The position numbers and the translations under genes are program-made. This document shows, in pieces, positions 24,501 to 37,120 of a DNA stretch of 64,000 bases. Location: sequence record LR535904.1; one strand, given 5' to 3'. Every line of letters begins with the position of its first letter. Position 1 is the first letter of the stretch. Below the pieces are notes generated by a model, which saw only the letters and a program-made list of their open reading frames with translations, did no database searches and had not been told where the DNA came from.

Positions 24501-25360
24501 ATAATCGGTTACAGATAAACTTACCGTTTCTAGCACACTGTCCGCTGTTGCGGTTAAAGGTGTCCACGTTGCGGTAATGCTGCGTGCGACGAGTACAGAA
24601 ATACGGTGCATGAACGTGGCCGAGTGATGGCAACACCCAAAGTTAACCGCGATTCCCGCATACGTGCTCACGCCGCCTGGAGTGGTAATACGCCCTGCGG
24701 AGTCATGGCCGGAACCAGTAACGCCGTTCAAGCCAATAACAACCTGTGCAGCACGTCCGTACGAAATACCGTCCGCTGTTCGCGCGTGGCTGAAACGCAC
24801 CGATGGATTAAGTGCCGTCCTCGCGGTTAGCGTCAGCTCAAAGTTGATCGTTTTAGAATCGATGTTAATCGTTCCCACGAACAAATCCTCAGTCCACGAC
24901 TCGCCGGTCGACTGCAAGGTGTATTTCAGCGTCTTTGTTGGCGTACTCGGATCGGTAATCAGTTTCGTCAAGTCGATATAGTCAGGACGGAGACGGGTAG
25001 CGTAAGTCAAACGCACTTCTGTGTCGGAACTAAACAAACCACCCACGCCGTGATAAATCGTCGCATAGTCAAGGAACGTGGCGTAATAACGATTCTTTGT
25101 CGGCATCGTGTTCAGGTTAGTTGAACCTGCATCCACCACGCCAGTAAAGAATCTTGCGCGGTTTAAGCCGGAATAGTTAACCACTGGGCGGAACGAACTG
25201 TATGAATAGTTGCACATCGCGCTGTTCATCTCATTAATCGTTTTCGGATTGAACGTCATCATCTTGGATGGGTGCGCCGCCGGTGGAATTTTACCTGTAT
25301 GATACGTTTTCATTCAAAAATCTCCTTAATCACGAATAATAAGTGTTCGACCTGACGTGT
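21581..25360 (-). CDS. Tail-fibre-like protein 1, about 1237 aa
   Basis: Reordered N-terminus MAVVPDPHYQEPG..MLFPAHAPFYTTSLVV..GDDYVITH; repeats ATTTEFGLVQ, GHTH, LSNVQNVPDVQLPIS, DNPH. Confidence 0.75.
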
Positions 25361-28300
25361 AGTCGATGATACGTTCCTCGATGAAGTGACACTCAGGATT
25401 TACACCCCGAGGATCGTAAGCCAATCCTTCGAAAAACGGGCGATGATCTAGCATCACCACCCGATCGTTAGGATTGTCGGACTCCAGCTCATAGTCCGTC
25501 CCGCGGGTAAGCGGTATGGACGAGCCGGCGAGCCTTACCATAAGATGCACCCCGCAAAACACCGGGGTCGTCACCGAGTCGTCCAACGGTGTTAAAGCAT
25601 AAAACGTACCCCCGAGCATCTGGCCTTCAAAGACCACCGCACCACGCAGTTTAGGGTTAACAGCCGTTGGGTTGTTGAGAGCCTTAATTAGCTCATCCAA
25701 CATCTCAATCAAACCACTGTCTACCGCTGCAGGGGTGGCTGGGTAAAGGGAAGGTCGATTACCTAAAAGCAGCCAATCTGCTAACTCCACATCATGCACT
25801 GCAGAGGCAACATACTTTTTATTCAGCATGTCTGACCAAGAAACCGCATCTTTCAGCTCAGTAAGCTTTTCACGAATCTGCTCGTTGGCCGCCCCGGCAT
25901 GGTTAGTCGACGCAATGTGTCCGGGGTAGTTAAATGTGGCGATTTCAGTTCCTAAGCCCATATCTGGCGTTTTTAGGTTGACAGGATGCGCACCGGCCTG
26001 CGCCGCGGTAGTCCCATGAGGACCCAGTGCACGGACCTCGCTGGTTAACTGACGCAACGTCTTTCCATACGCCAGGAAAGCCCCTTTGGATTCCTTCGAT
26101 ACCCATTTAGAAATGTACTTGTCGATATCCGATTGTTGCACGGATTCACCAGCAGGAGAACGGAACAGGGCACGAGTACCGGATATCGTCGCATTAAACA
26201 ACGCCAACACAACAGAGCCATTAGATTTAAGAGTGAATGCCTCAGCAGAGAACACAATTTTATTGATGCCTGCTTTCCACTCCATAAACCGGGTGGTTCC
26301 AGTAGTGTCGGCATACCCACTACCATTAAGCGTCAGCTTATCCATCCCCAAGGCACTGCCAGTCGACTCAATACGTAATGCACCGCCGGTACCAGGGTCT
26401 TGTTGATAGCCCATGAGAGCAGTTGTGGTCAGTAACGTCGTGAAAGTAATGCCGTTCACCCCGCTAATGTACAGTTTGTTGTCATCCGGGTCAACGGTAC
26501 TCGTCGCGGGTTTGGCTGTGACCTTCCCGGTGACGGGATCGGCTTTTGACCCTTTACCCGCTTGTCCCTTGACTACATCGCTCGGCTTATCAGTCAGCGT
26601 CACAACGCCGGGTTCAGAGGTCTTCCGGACGTACGAAGACAGATCACCCTCGTACGGTAAGAGCGAAGCTGGGGTGACTGAATCCTTTTTCGTTAGCGTT
26701 CGGCTACCAGTGTCCATCGGCTGGTTATTCAGCAGCGTTGCCAACGCATCAGAAAGTGGTTTATCGACGTCAGCTGTGTTATCAGCCAAGTCCAGACCCA
26801 TCTGTAAATCGGCGAAGTTGTGATGGTGACCTTTATCACTAAGACCGGTAACTGCTTCTGAGCCGTTTAGGTTGGTAGAATATCGAGCGATACCGGGAAC
26901 TGTTTGAGAAGCCGTTGGGACGTCTAAACGTTTTGACAGATCGTTCAGAACGTTCGGGGTAACGCCGCGATTATCCGACAGCACAGCGGCAAAATCGGTC
27001 ACGGAATCCTCTTTCGCGTTTGCTAGCGCAGCTGCAACTAAATTCAAATCCGTTACGGCGAGGGTGGTACGTGTAGATCCCACAGTCCAAGTCTTACCAC
27101 GCAGGTCTATCGAACCAGATACCGTCCCCTCTTTACGTGCACCATTTAACAGATAGAAATTCTGCCACGTTCTTTCCATACGGTTATCTGGAGAGAACCA
27201 CTGGAACATCGGTGTGGTTTCCGGGACAGCAACCTCAAACCCACTAAAATCAATACCGGCACCGGTATTAATTACCGCGTCGACCGACAAATCACCCATT
27301 CCAGTTGTCGTTAAACCAATCTGCGCACCGTAGTCCGTTTGAACCCAAATCCGCAGCTTACCAGAGTCGCAACGAACCCACGTTTTCGCCAAGAGGTTAA
27401 CTGTAATACCCGCACCGATTATTTCGCCGTCCAGATAAACAGAAACAGCACCACCGCCACGGAATGCTAAGCAGTGTTGCTTCCACCCCTCCTTGACAGT
27501 CGCCTCCAGATACCCCGCTTCACCGTCGTAAATTGTGAAACGAATTGCGGCTGCTTTAGCGCTATCGTTACATTCTGCACTAACAAACTCCTGCAGGCGG
27601 GCAACTTTGGTGTTTTTATCCGAGGCCCCAACCGCAAAGTAATATAACGCATCGGTTATCATGTTCACATAGAGGTAATGCCTTAAACCGTTCGGCGTCT
27701 GGCCGATATAGCCGCGTTCCAAGTTAATACCTTCCGTGTCCACAATAGGTTCGGCGCGCGACGTCGTTTCAAACTCGTAAGTCGTGCCTGCAACCAATCC
27801 CGCGTCAGGGACATCGATGTCCCCGTGTGCTAGACGTGTTTCGAAGTGCCGTTTAAGTTCGGACGCCATGCCGAAGTCAACAACCTTATTCAACGGCAGC
27901 ATTTTCGGGTTATCCGTCAACGACCAGTCGGTGTTACTCATATCCCCAGAAACAGACGGGTTAGTTGGATACGCATACAGCCATTGTTTAGGTAATGGAT
28001 TGAGCGAGGTGGCACTTACGAATTTATAATCAAATAACCCACGATCTAAACGAACGAGGTGTGTAAACCAGCAATACGGGGACGCGTTTTCAGTGGAAAC
28101 AACCGCCGCAAGAAGAATCCCAGTGTCGATTACCACCGAACCCTCGAATGTCGCCATTCCATTTTCTTTCGGGTTGCTTGAAGGGGCCATGAAGTTTAAT
28201 GAAACTTCGACGTCCGAGGTTTTTGGGACTTCAGGATAATTTAAACTGGTGTGGGAGTTACTCCACCGCAGGACTCTGGTTTTACCTTTCCCATCAGCAG

Positions 28301-29500
28301 ATTGTGTGGTGGCAATTCTTCCGGTTGGTTTATCGTACGGCGCAGCAATAAAGCCGCAGTACTGAACATCCACGCTCTTGATTACACGAGGAGCATCAAC
28401 CAGCGTATTAGTAACGCTGGAACCAATGGCTGCGAACTCGCTAGCGATTGAAACCGGGAGATAGTCTAAACAGTCGGGCGTCGACGATATTCGCAGTATC
28501 TGCGTATCAACAATATAGCGATAACGAATAAGCCAGCGCGACGGAAGGTCGTATTCTATCTCACGAATAGTTGCCGAAGCCTGGCCGCCTATCTTACTAA
28601 TTTCGATGCCAGTAACACCAATCGATAAAGCGCCGCCTTTAAAATAATCAATCGCGTCAAAATCTACTTCTGTTGTGGAAGGGTCCATCAAACCGTGGTT
28701 GATTGTGACGCCTTCACCAGTGTCCGGAGAACGCTCAATATACGACTCAAATAGCGAGCGTAGATAATGGAAACGATTTACTCCAAAGTTCGCGAACTCG
28801 ACGGTTGATATCGACATCTCCTCATGCCCAGAAGACTGGCGATAACCCTCACTTGCAGCAGACATCGTGATGTATTCCGTAACCGGGTTATCGACGTTAT
28901 CACGTTTCTGCAGCCCTTTGTAAAACGGCGCGGGGAGTTTACCGTTCGGTGCAAGTTCCGACTTCCATTCACCACCGTTAGACGTATAGTCTGCAGGAGC
29001 CGACTCAAGTAGCGGAGCACTCCCATTTACCGACACAAAACGCTCATTTTGAGTTGGGCGATAAGCCCGCATAAAGCCGTCATTACCCGGAATTTTCTCA
29101 CTACCCACGATGATATATCCAGGGTAGTTAGAGAGCATTGTCGTGCGGGCAAGAATCCCAGATATCTGAACAGCTGTTGTCGATGCACTGAAAGGTATAA
29201 GCAGCGGCGGCACAGAACCTTCCGGAGGCACGAACACGATGTGAATTGGCTGCATCGGTTCAGTAATCACGAACATCGGATTACCACTACTACCCACACC
29301 ATTAATAGTGAACTTCGCTTGATTACGCTTCTCAATGAGAATCGTCTCGCCACCCGTGCGAAGTTCCACCGGTGTCGTTTTACGTTCAGTATCCAACGTT
29401 TGTAAAATCCAATCCCATGTCCTGGTGGGGATGTGGAATGACCCGCCCGTAGGCAGTCCGTCCTAAGAGGCCCACTCACCCGAGTTGTTGCCTTCGTTTC
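25301..29500 (-). CDS. Tail-fibre-like protein 2, about 1376 aa
   Basis: Reordered N-terminus MKTYPYDPRGVNPECHFIEERI..DHRPFFEGL..RGTDY; repeats ASQTVPGIARY, GHHH, GLDLADNTADVDKPLS, PHGTTAAQAG. Confidence 0.75.
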
Positions 29501-29560
29501 AATCTGTAATAAAACGGAGACCGCCCTCCCAATAACGGAAGGGCGGTTTACCTACGGACT

Positions 29561-32500
29561 GCGGTACTGAGGGTACCGTTAAACTGCGCCGCATCTTCTC
29601 TCGGCATTGCAAACACTCCTCCGATGCGATAGAACGGTGCTTCGACGGGAATGACCGTCGAATAACGGTTCGGGTAAGTAAGACCTTCTATTAACTTACG
29701 TTTGGTTCCGGTTGTTTTATCGGTAACTGTTAACGTTAACTATATTGCATCGTTCTCAGCCTCGGCTAATTCCTGGAAGTAATGTCCTAAGAAATAATCA
29801 CGACCAACCGACAACAACTCGTATTCTACCTCTGTGGCGTTCAGCAGCATTATGCTGCCGTCTTTCATATCCGTCTTAACCAGATACTTGCCGATTTCAG
29901 AAGCAGGGATGCGATACTGTTCGATTGGCGAAATAATCGGCGGATATTTCATCAGCTCAGACCAATCGCAGTTGCGCGGGTCTTCCAACGCCTTTACGAT
30001 TTCATCGCGAAGAATCGCTTCTTCGAGATCTTTTGGCGGGGTAACTTCGGCAAATGCCTCATCTAGTTCGTGGGCGCGCTCTAAAATACCCAGACGGATA
30101 AGGTGGTGTTGATACATTTCGTCATCAAACACCTGTTTACCGTTCTGATAAATCAAATCGTTACCGAGCACAGGGAGTGCGCCAATGTCACCGCAGGTGT
30201 AACCATGTGCATTTTTAATCGACATTAGCGTCACTAACTCTGCCAGTGTACGTCCAAACGCTTTAGTCGCATCCACGGCCAAATCACCCAGGGTATTATC
30301 CAGAAGCATGTCAACATGTTTCTGTTGGATACCGCTGGTATGACCGGACGTTGTTTGGAATGTAATTGCGTCGTTATTCAGAACACGCATACGGCCCAGT
30401 TTTAATACCAGCGGTTTTGTCGAGGTGATAATGAACTTCTCACCTTTCATGCTGATAACGGTGTTCAGACCAGCACTGAACTCCGTAGCGATACCCGGTT
30501 CGTTGTTATCCTGGTCAGCTAGCACACCTGCATCATAAGCGCCCCACTTGTCACCTGCTTTACCCGAGTGAACCCAAAGCGTCAAGTACATCTTAACCAT
30601 ATCCGGTGTAACGAGATACACGCTGTTATACACAGGTGCATAAATCTTCAACGTGTCGCTGGACTTGAAGTAGGCGTTTGCTGGAAGTATCTTCACCGAG
30701 GTGGTTGCTGCAGGCAGCTCCGCATTCATGTAAACTTTGTTTGTTTCTTTACCAGAGCCGGCTGTGGACGCTGCAGCGGATGCCGAGAGGTTAGTAATCG
30801 CAAACAAACCCTGCACAGTTGTGTCGTCCACATATCCGTCGAGTTTGTTCTTCAAGTCAGTAACAGCTTTTTGGGAAATCAAGGTCAGATGCATCTGCCC
30901 GTTTGCGTCTAACACAAACCCTTTACCATTGACCGTATACACTGGCTTTTCTAACGGTCCGGTATTGTCCATTTTCTCAATACCGAAATCTGCCGCGGTT
31001 ATGGTGTGGGTGTGCGTTGTAAGCGCTTTGCCTGATAGCACGGTACGCAATGCGTTAGTACACAGTTTAGCCAAACCTGTAACAGACGTGGATGCGTACG
31101 GCACGTTATCGAGATCTGCATCAAGCAAGAAGCCCTGACGCGAAGTGACCATCTTATCCGAGGTAGTGTCGATTGCATCCCCGACAGTCCACGCCGGTAA
31201 TAACGTACCAATCTTGTCATTCAGTGTGTCAATCTTTTGTCCTTCGTAGTTCCCCTGGACTGGTATAGGCAAGAAGTTATTGTTGCCGTACGATGATCCG
31301 TAAACCTTACCAGACTCGTAACGCGCCAAACCTTTCTGCCAGGTTTGGTTTTTGGTATACTAGGCGTAATAGATAGCCCAGTCACCTGGTGGATTCCCGT
31401 TAGAACCGTTACGGAGCGAGCGATAACGTACGGACGTCTGCTGCATATTTTCCAGCGTATTGCTTGGCGACACATCAGCAGTACCGGTAATCACAATAGC
31501 AACCAGATTCACCCCAGGATACGCCGACATTCCAGCGGGTGTGCCGTCAAAGATGACCAGGTAGTACGCACCGTCACTGCCTAAGCAGATCATTGCATCT
31601 CCATTTCGGTAATCGCCCAACTGAACTTTAACAACACGATGATGTTTTGCATGGTCAATGAAATCGTTTGTTGATGGATCAACAACCCATGGAGCGGTTG
31701 TAATCACACCGGCCGCGTTAAAATAGTCACCGGAGGTAAGCACAGTACGGAGCAGATAAACCCGCTCGTTGCAAACGATCACAAACGTGTTGCTACCACC
31801 CAGATTAAGTTCGTCGAGTGCGATGCTACGCATACTCACGCCCTGACGCAAGTAGATATTATCTCCCGACGTTAACATCCCACCTGTTAACACATCCGCC
31901 GCGTCTGCGTAGATTTGTGTTACTGGCGCTACCAACACATCTGTATCAGAACGTTTCTGAATCGCGTGATTACATTCCGGACCATGGACGAAATTTCGCG
32001 CACTATTCCACTTCGCCGATGTAGAAGCAAACCAAACCGTTGGAGTTAAACCAACACGAAAGTTCAGCCCATCCACACCAGAACTACAATCAACAACAAA
32101 GCTTGACACCCATTGTTTAAAGTTAATAGTTTGCCCTGTAACCGTGGTAAGATCGGCCACAATAGGGAATCGATCAGCACCTTCCAGCGTTATCGTCATT
32201 GCTTGACCTTCGCCCCATTTCCGGCTCGGAATCCCAATCTCAGCGCCACCGTTATAACGACCTGCATGTCCTTGCGAAACGATATACTTGTCTTGCGATG
32301 TTGCAAAGGTTCGGTTATTATACCAACTCACACCGTCATCTAACGTTGTAATCGTGACATAAGGCATTAGGTCGCGATCGTTTAACATTACCGCACTAAA
32401 ACTTCTGGCAGTGAAGTTGTAGTCGCACGACAGGTACTCGTTCGCTCCCAGAGTCAGCGGATACGCCATGCCCAGCTCGTAGATAGAACCACGACCTTGG

Positions 32501-34780
32501 TCAAACTCAACTTCAATTGCCAAACGGGTACGCGGCTGTGACAACCAGATAAGTCTGGAAACTACACGACGATTGTTAGTTGGTCCATACCCCGCTTTAC
32601 CTGAATAAGTGGTGTTCGGAGGCGACGCCGGTGTAACAATGTGGCACATCTGCGACAGATTCTCGTACGTGGTAGAATCTACGTTGTGGTAAGGGAATGT
32701 TTCTGGTCCTGTGCAATACCAGCCGTTTAACTCTGTACCATTATCCCATTCGGCTTGTGACAGCGTCAACCGATCGGCATGAATCGTGAAAGTGCCAGAA
32801 TCCGAAGCATAACCATTCGCAGCGCCAGCCGGTGCACCGTCGATGATCATCTGCTTCATCATGCCGATGAACCAAATGGAGAACAGTGCCTTTCCGGCGT
32901 TATTTGCGGCAAGGATAAATACATTGTTCACAGTACGCATACATGCTACTTGTGCTAACGTGAGCGGTGTGGCCGTACCAGTTACCTGCCCGTTGCTGAT
33001 CGTTGGTTTCAGTGTAAAGTAGTAGATATCCAACACGTTATTCAAGCCGTAGTCGAGGTTGTTATAGAAGTCAAACAGTGCCAATATCGCTGCGGGGAAT
33101 AGTGTAGGTTGTCCCGGCCGGCGTGTTTTTCCTCCCGTTATCTCGCCCAACGTAGCATAGTGGCGCAAGGTTAACGTGTGTGGAAGATACAACCCGAACT
33201 GAGTACCATCTACTGACACCCAGGTACCGTTAGACAGCGTAAGACCAACACCGTAGTTAAGCGCACCCAAGTCGCCAATTCTGACTGGAGTGTGGGATGG
33301 TGCCATGCGTCCAATGCCGTGTGGAGCAGAAGAACGCGTCACGTAGTCGAGAGATGAGTTGTGTAGCATCACCTGATCACGATGAGCCAGATAAGCTGGG
33401 CCACTAAAATTAGGAGCCGCGACAAAATCACTCGACGACATTGCGATACCACCACAATAGACATATACCAGCCAACCTTCGGCTGTTTCCACACCAGCAA
33501 TGACGACCGATTCAGTCGGGATATACCACGTAGGCAGCTTATAAGTGCTCGAGCCGAAACGCAGGTCAACTTCCTCAGTCTTGGCGTGCAGGTAGAATGT
33601 CCGGTTCTGATGGTTTGTTGGAAATGCTGCGCTGAGGTCAGTTTCAGTGTCTGGATGTTGAATCACGTCCATTACGTACTTCGGTGTACCATTTTCTACC
33701 TCGACGTTAGTCTCGACGACTCGCGACGAGCCCGTTTTAACATACCCGATATAGAGTTCCTTATTCTCAACCGCCGCATGTTCCAACAGTTGTTTCACCG
33801 CCCCCAATCGCTTAGCATGTTCTTTACGCAATGGTGCCAGTCTGCCCGTTGCTGCATCCCTTCCCACTTCCACATCATGCTAAAGCAACTGACTATCCAG
33901 ATAGCCTTTCGTAGCATCGATCGACAAAGGACCCATCGCTAAGCCTTCGAAACGTTTGGACACCATCGCTTTACCGCGACGCTGTGCGTCAGATACGGTA
34001 GTAGGATGTTTCCAAAACGCCCCCGATTTGTTTGCCTGAGTAAACGCCGGCAAAGTTTTCCACTCCATTCCCAACGATGCCGCTTCACCGTTCTCATCAG
34101 CCGTTACCGTCGCGATTGTTTGCACCACCACCATCAAGTTCGTTGAGGTCGGTGAGAAAGCGGGCGTTGGAATACCTACCGCAACGTGGACATTAAAGGT
34201 CGTTTCTACTCCCGGTGTACCTGGGACGACGAATTTACTTTTAACATCCGTACCTTCCGCCTCGACGTTGTAGAAAAAGCCATCCACCGCCTCCCATGGG
34301 TGCTGTTTGTGGTGCACGGTATGTGGTGACGGCAATAACACTTCTGGATTTTCGTCAATGGCTGAAGAACTTACCGCCGCGACAAATGTAAAGGTGCACG
34401 GCACGCCTGCTGGCAGAGAGGGTAGTCCCCCAGCGTCAGTGAAAAGCCAAGAGCAAATATGCTGGTTAGCTGTTTCGAGCTTGGTCTCTCCCGGCTGTGG
34501 TAAGATTTGAATCTTACTATCCGAAAGATCGGTGGTGATTATTGCACCTGTCACATTCGTAAACGTGTAGCTACGACTGTTCAGAACAACTGGTGTGCCG
34601 CCATCCCACGCCACGATCGGTGGTGGGAATAAACCCTGAGCGCCCGTGGTAACAACCGGGGGCTGTTGACGTCCTCTCTCGTTCACCCAATCGTGCGCAA
34701 TCGTTAACGTAAGATCATCGTCCTTGCCCCATAGCGCTATCTGTTAGGTACGGAACATAAGATTGACCTGGATAATATCA
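29561..34780 (-). CDS. Tail-fibre-like protein 3, about 1727 aa (three track ORFs are one gene)
   Basis: Reordered: AGGAG RBS, MPREDAAQFNGTLSTATYPNRYSTVIPVEAPFYRIG..GLDYFLGH; track stops at 31360 and 33880 are junction-made TAGs; repeats ASTSVTGLAKL, THTH, GIEKMDNTG; ends VNLMFRT*. Confidence 0.75.
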
Positions 34781-36040
34781 AAGGTCGAGCGGGTACTGAT
34801 GAATGATTTCGGCCATTGCCAAACTCCTTTGATTGGGGCTAACTTTACCAGAACCTAACGTAATACGCCGTGTAACGGCGTTCGACGTTAATGTCCCGGT
34901 AGCTGCCAAGCGGAAGGTATCCGCGTAGAAAGCTCCGTCAGGAAAAGCAAAAGCCCGGTTTGCAAAAATCAGTTCGTAGTCTGTGCCGCGTTTATACGGG
35001 TAGACACCTGGTTTATTCGCAGTTACCACCACACCCATGACCACTTCGCGGTTCTTGGTCATTTTCTGATATGCAGTATGGGACTGAAAACCACCAACGA
35101 CTTGCGCAGAGACTTCGATATCAGTAGGAATGGCCGAGTTCACCACACGGTCTTCAATTTTCAGCGACGCGATCGCTTGTCGGATACCTTCGACGTTCGC
35201 GTCTTTATACGTCGGGGCGGACGGGAACGTATCGGGTACGTTTCGAAGATCCTTGAAGTCCGCATCTTTAATCCCCGCGAGTACGGTAATGATATACTCA
35301 AAACCGTAGATATCGCCAAGTCTCAGACCGTCCAGAATACCTTTAATTTCTTCCAGCTGTACTGCAGAGCCGGAGTTAATGAGATTGTGTACGTTACCTT
35401 CGGCGTTGATGTGGGTATTTAAGGCGTCGAGGAAGTCGTTTACACTTTGAATCAGGGCACGAATCTCCGTCTCCGTCAGGCCATTAACCTGATGAATGTC
35501 CGCCGTGTCTGCTGCTCTTAAGTCGCCGATATCGTTGATAGTGGCGTCAATGGCAGTCTGGTTAAGCTGGTCGTTCCACGCGGCTAACGAAGCCACAATT
35601 GCATCGATGCGTTGCCCCAACACCAGAGAATTAAGGTTAGCTAATGCTAACGACATTTTCTGGTAATTTTGAGCAACCACGCGCTGATTTGTTTCATTCA
35701 GTGCAGACTGAAGATCGTTAACCATCTTCTGTAATTGCAATCCTTGCAGGTTATCAATTTGCTGTTGGAAGTCTTTGCCCTGATTCTCAAGATCCGTGAC
35801 GTTTGCCTGCGAAATTGCGTTGGTGTTGTTTATAACCTGAGTTTTAAGACTGTTGATTTGCTGTTTATGGAGGTAATTCGGGTGTGGGTTATCCGCAGCC
35901 GCATGGTTCGCCAGATTCTGATCGTCGCGCGAGGTGAGGTTGTTGTTGACGTGAACAGCAGCCTGCACAACACCTCCATAATGTCCATAAACATAGTCCG
36001 GCTCGTAAACAAGTTACTTAGTACCCGCTTCAGCTTGAAC
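34781..36040 (-). CDS. Short tail-fibre-like protein 4, about 400 aa
   Basis: Reordered: AAGGAG RBS, MAEIIHQYPLDLTGTLTSNAV..FAFPDGAFYADTFRL..RGTDY; coiled-coil region; HAAADNPHPNY; ends VQAEAGTK*. Confidence 0.7.
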
Positions 36041-36100
36041 TTCTGACGTCTTTAATAGATATCGCCATTACGCTTCCTTAAAAAGTAGAACGAGCGGACT
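35981..36100 (-). terminator. Terminator-like hairpin between fibre 4 and the Cys-repeat genes
   Basis: CGAGC-CGGACTATGT-ttatgg-ACAT|AGTCCG-CTCG-TTCTACTTTT; the right arm crosses a block junction and exists only in the corrected order. Confidence 0.6.
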
Positions 36101-36520
36101 CCACTTGCGCCTCGATGCGGGGGCCTGTCGCCATGTTAGCTTCGACTATCTGGACGCGGTAATCTAGCTGTGCTTTCGTCCAACCCCCAAATCGGTCTGC
36201 TGCATTATGGGCTTTAGAGGAACAGCTCGAACAGCCATGCGAGCAACCGTTAGAGCACGTCCAAGAACATGTCCCGCCGCAACAGTTACCGCCACACGTC
36301 GAAGAACAGCTACCGATACAAGAAGCAGAACAGCTTCCTGCACCTGAACAGTTACCGGTACAGCTACTACTGCAACCACCAGAACAACCAGAGCAACCAG
36401 GACCTGAACAGCCGCCGGAGCAGGCCCCGGAGCAGTTTGCGGAACAAGAGCCGCCGCAACGATCGTGTTTAATCGGTTATTCAGTTCTTTTAATCCAATT
36501 GCCATTTAATCCCCCTTAGC
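36041..36520 (-). CDS. Cys-x-x-x repeat protein 1 (putative radical SAM substrate), 130 aa, 21 Cys
   Basis: Reordered: AAGGAAG RBS, MAISIKDVRNRVQIVEANMATGPRIEAQVASKAHNAADRFGGWTKAQLDCGGTCSWTCSNGCSHGCSSCSGSCSASCIGSCSSTCGGNCSGCSGCSGGCSSSCTGNCSGGCGGSCSANCSGACSGGCSGR*. Confidence 0.85.
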
Positions 36521-36880
36521 CGTAGCTTTATTGCGAATGTAGTTTTGCACATTCGTGGTGTTCTTTAAAGCGTTTGCATCGCATGTGCCACCACAGTCAT
36601 AGTGCGAACGGCCTTGACCTGCGAACAAGTCGGCGTTATTCCCACAACCACCCGTAGCAGACCCAGTACACCCGCCAGAACAACTCGAGCAACTAAAAGA
36701 AGAGCTGCAACCCGTACAGCTGCTGCTACAGCCCGATACACAGTTTGCGGAACAAGTCGATTTGCCACAGCCGCCAGAGCAGTTACCAGTACACGTTCCG
36801 CTACAACCACCAGAACATGACCGTCAGTTAGGACCTGAACAACCACCAGAACACGCGCCGGAGCAGTTTGCGGAGCAGGA
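36461..36880 (-). CDS. Cys-x-x-x repeat protein 2, 133 aa, 20 Cys
   Basis: Reordered: GGGGGA RBS, MAIGLKELNNRLNTIDANALKNTTNVQNYIRNKATNNADLFAGQGRSHYDCGGTCSFSCSSCSGGCTGSATGGCGSTCSANCVSGCSSSCTGCSSSCSGGCSGTCTGNCSGGCGKSCSANCSGACSGGCSGPN*. Confidence 0.85.
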
Positions 36881-37120
36881 TGTAACCTTCTACCGTAACG
36901 AGACGGTTTCGAATAGTCTTGAGACTGATCACATAAGCCTTATTTGTGGTCGACACGGTGCCCTGGTTAGCGATATAGTTGTTTGCCTGTGCGGTTGTAA
37001 TGCAGGACCAGCTACACCCACCATTACAGTTATAGTGAGAAAGCGGTAAGCCAGCCAGGTCATTTAATACTCCGAACGTTTTCTGTTATCGATTCCCCGC
37101 TCCACGGCTACAGCTTCCGC
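36881..37120 (-). CDS. Cys-x-x-x repeat protein 3 (short), 68 aa, 4 Cys
   Basis: Reordered: GGAGG RBS, GTG start, MISLKTIRNRLVTVEGYITTAQANNYIANQGTVSTTNNLAGLPLSHYNCNGGCSWSCSGSCSRGAGNR*. Confidence 0.8.

Noticed and set aside
36164-36846. Val/Ala-rich peptides called by the track (36164-36505, 36565-36846)
   Set aside because: Wrong-frame translations of the Cys-repeat genes, which have their own RBS, start and stop after reordering.
36221-36880. CRISPR-like or satellite repeat array
   Set aside because: The 12-nt periodicity is the Cys-x-x-x codon pattern with synonymous variation; there are no repeat-spacer units.
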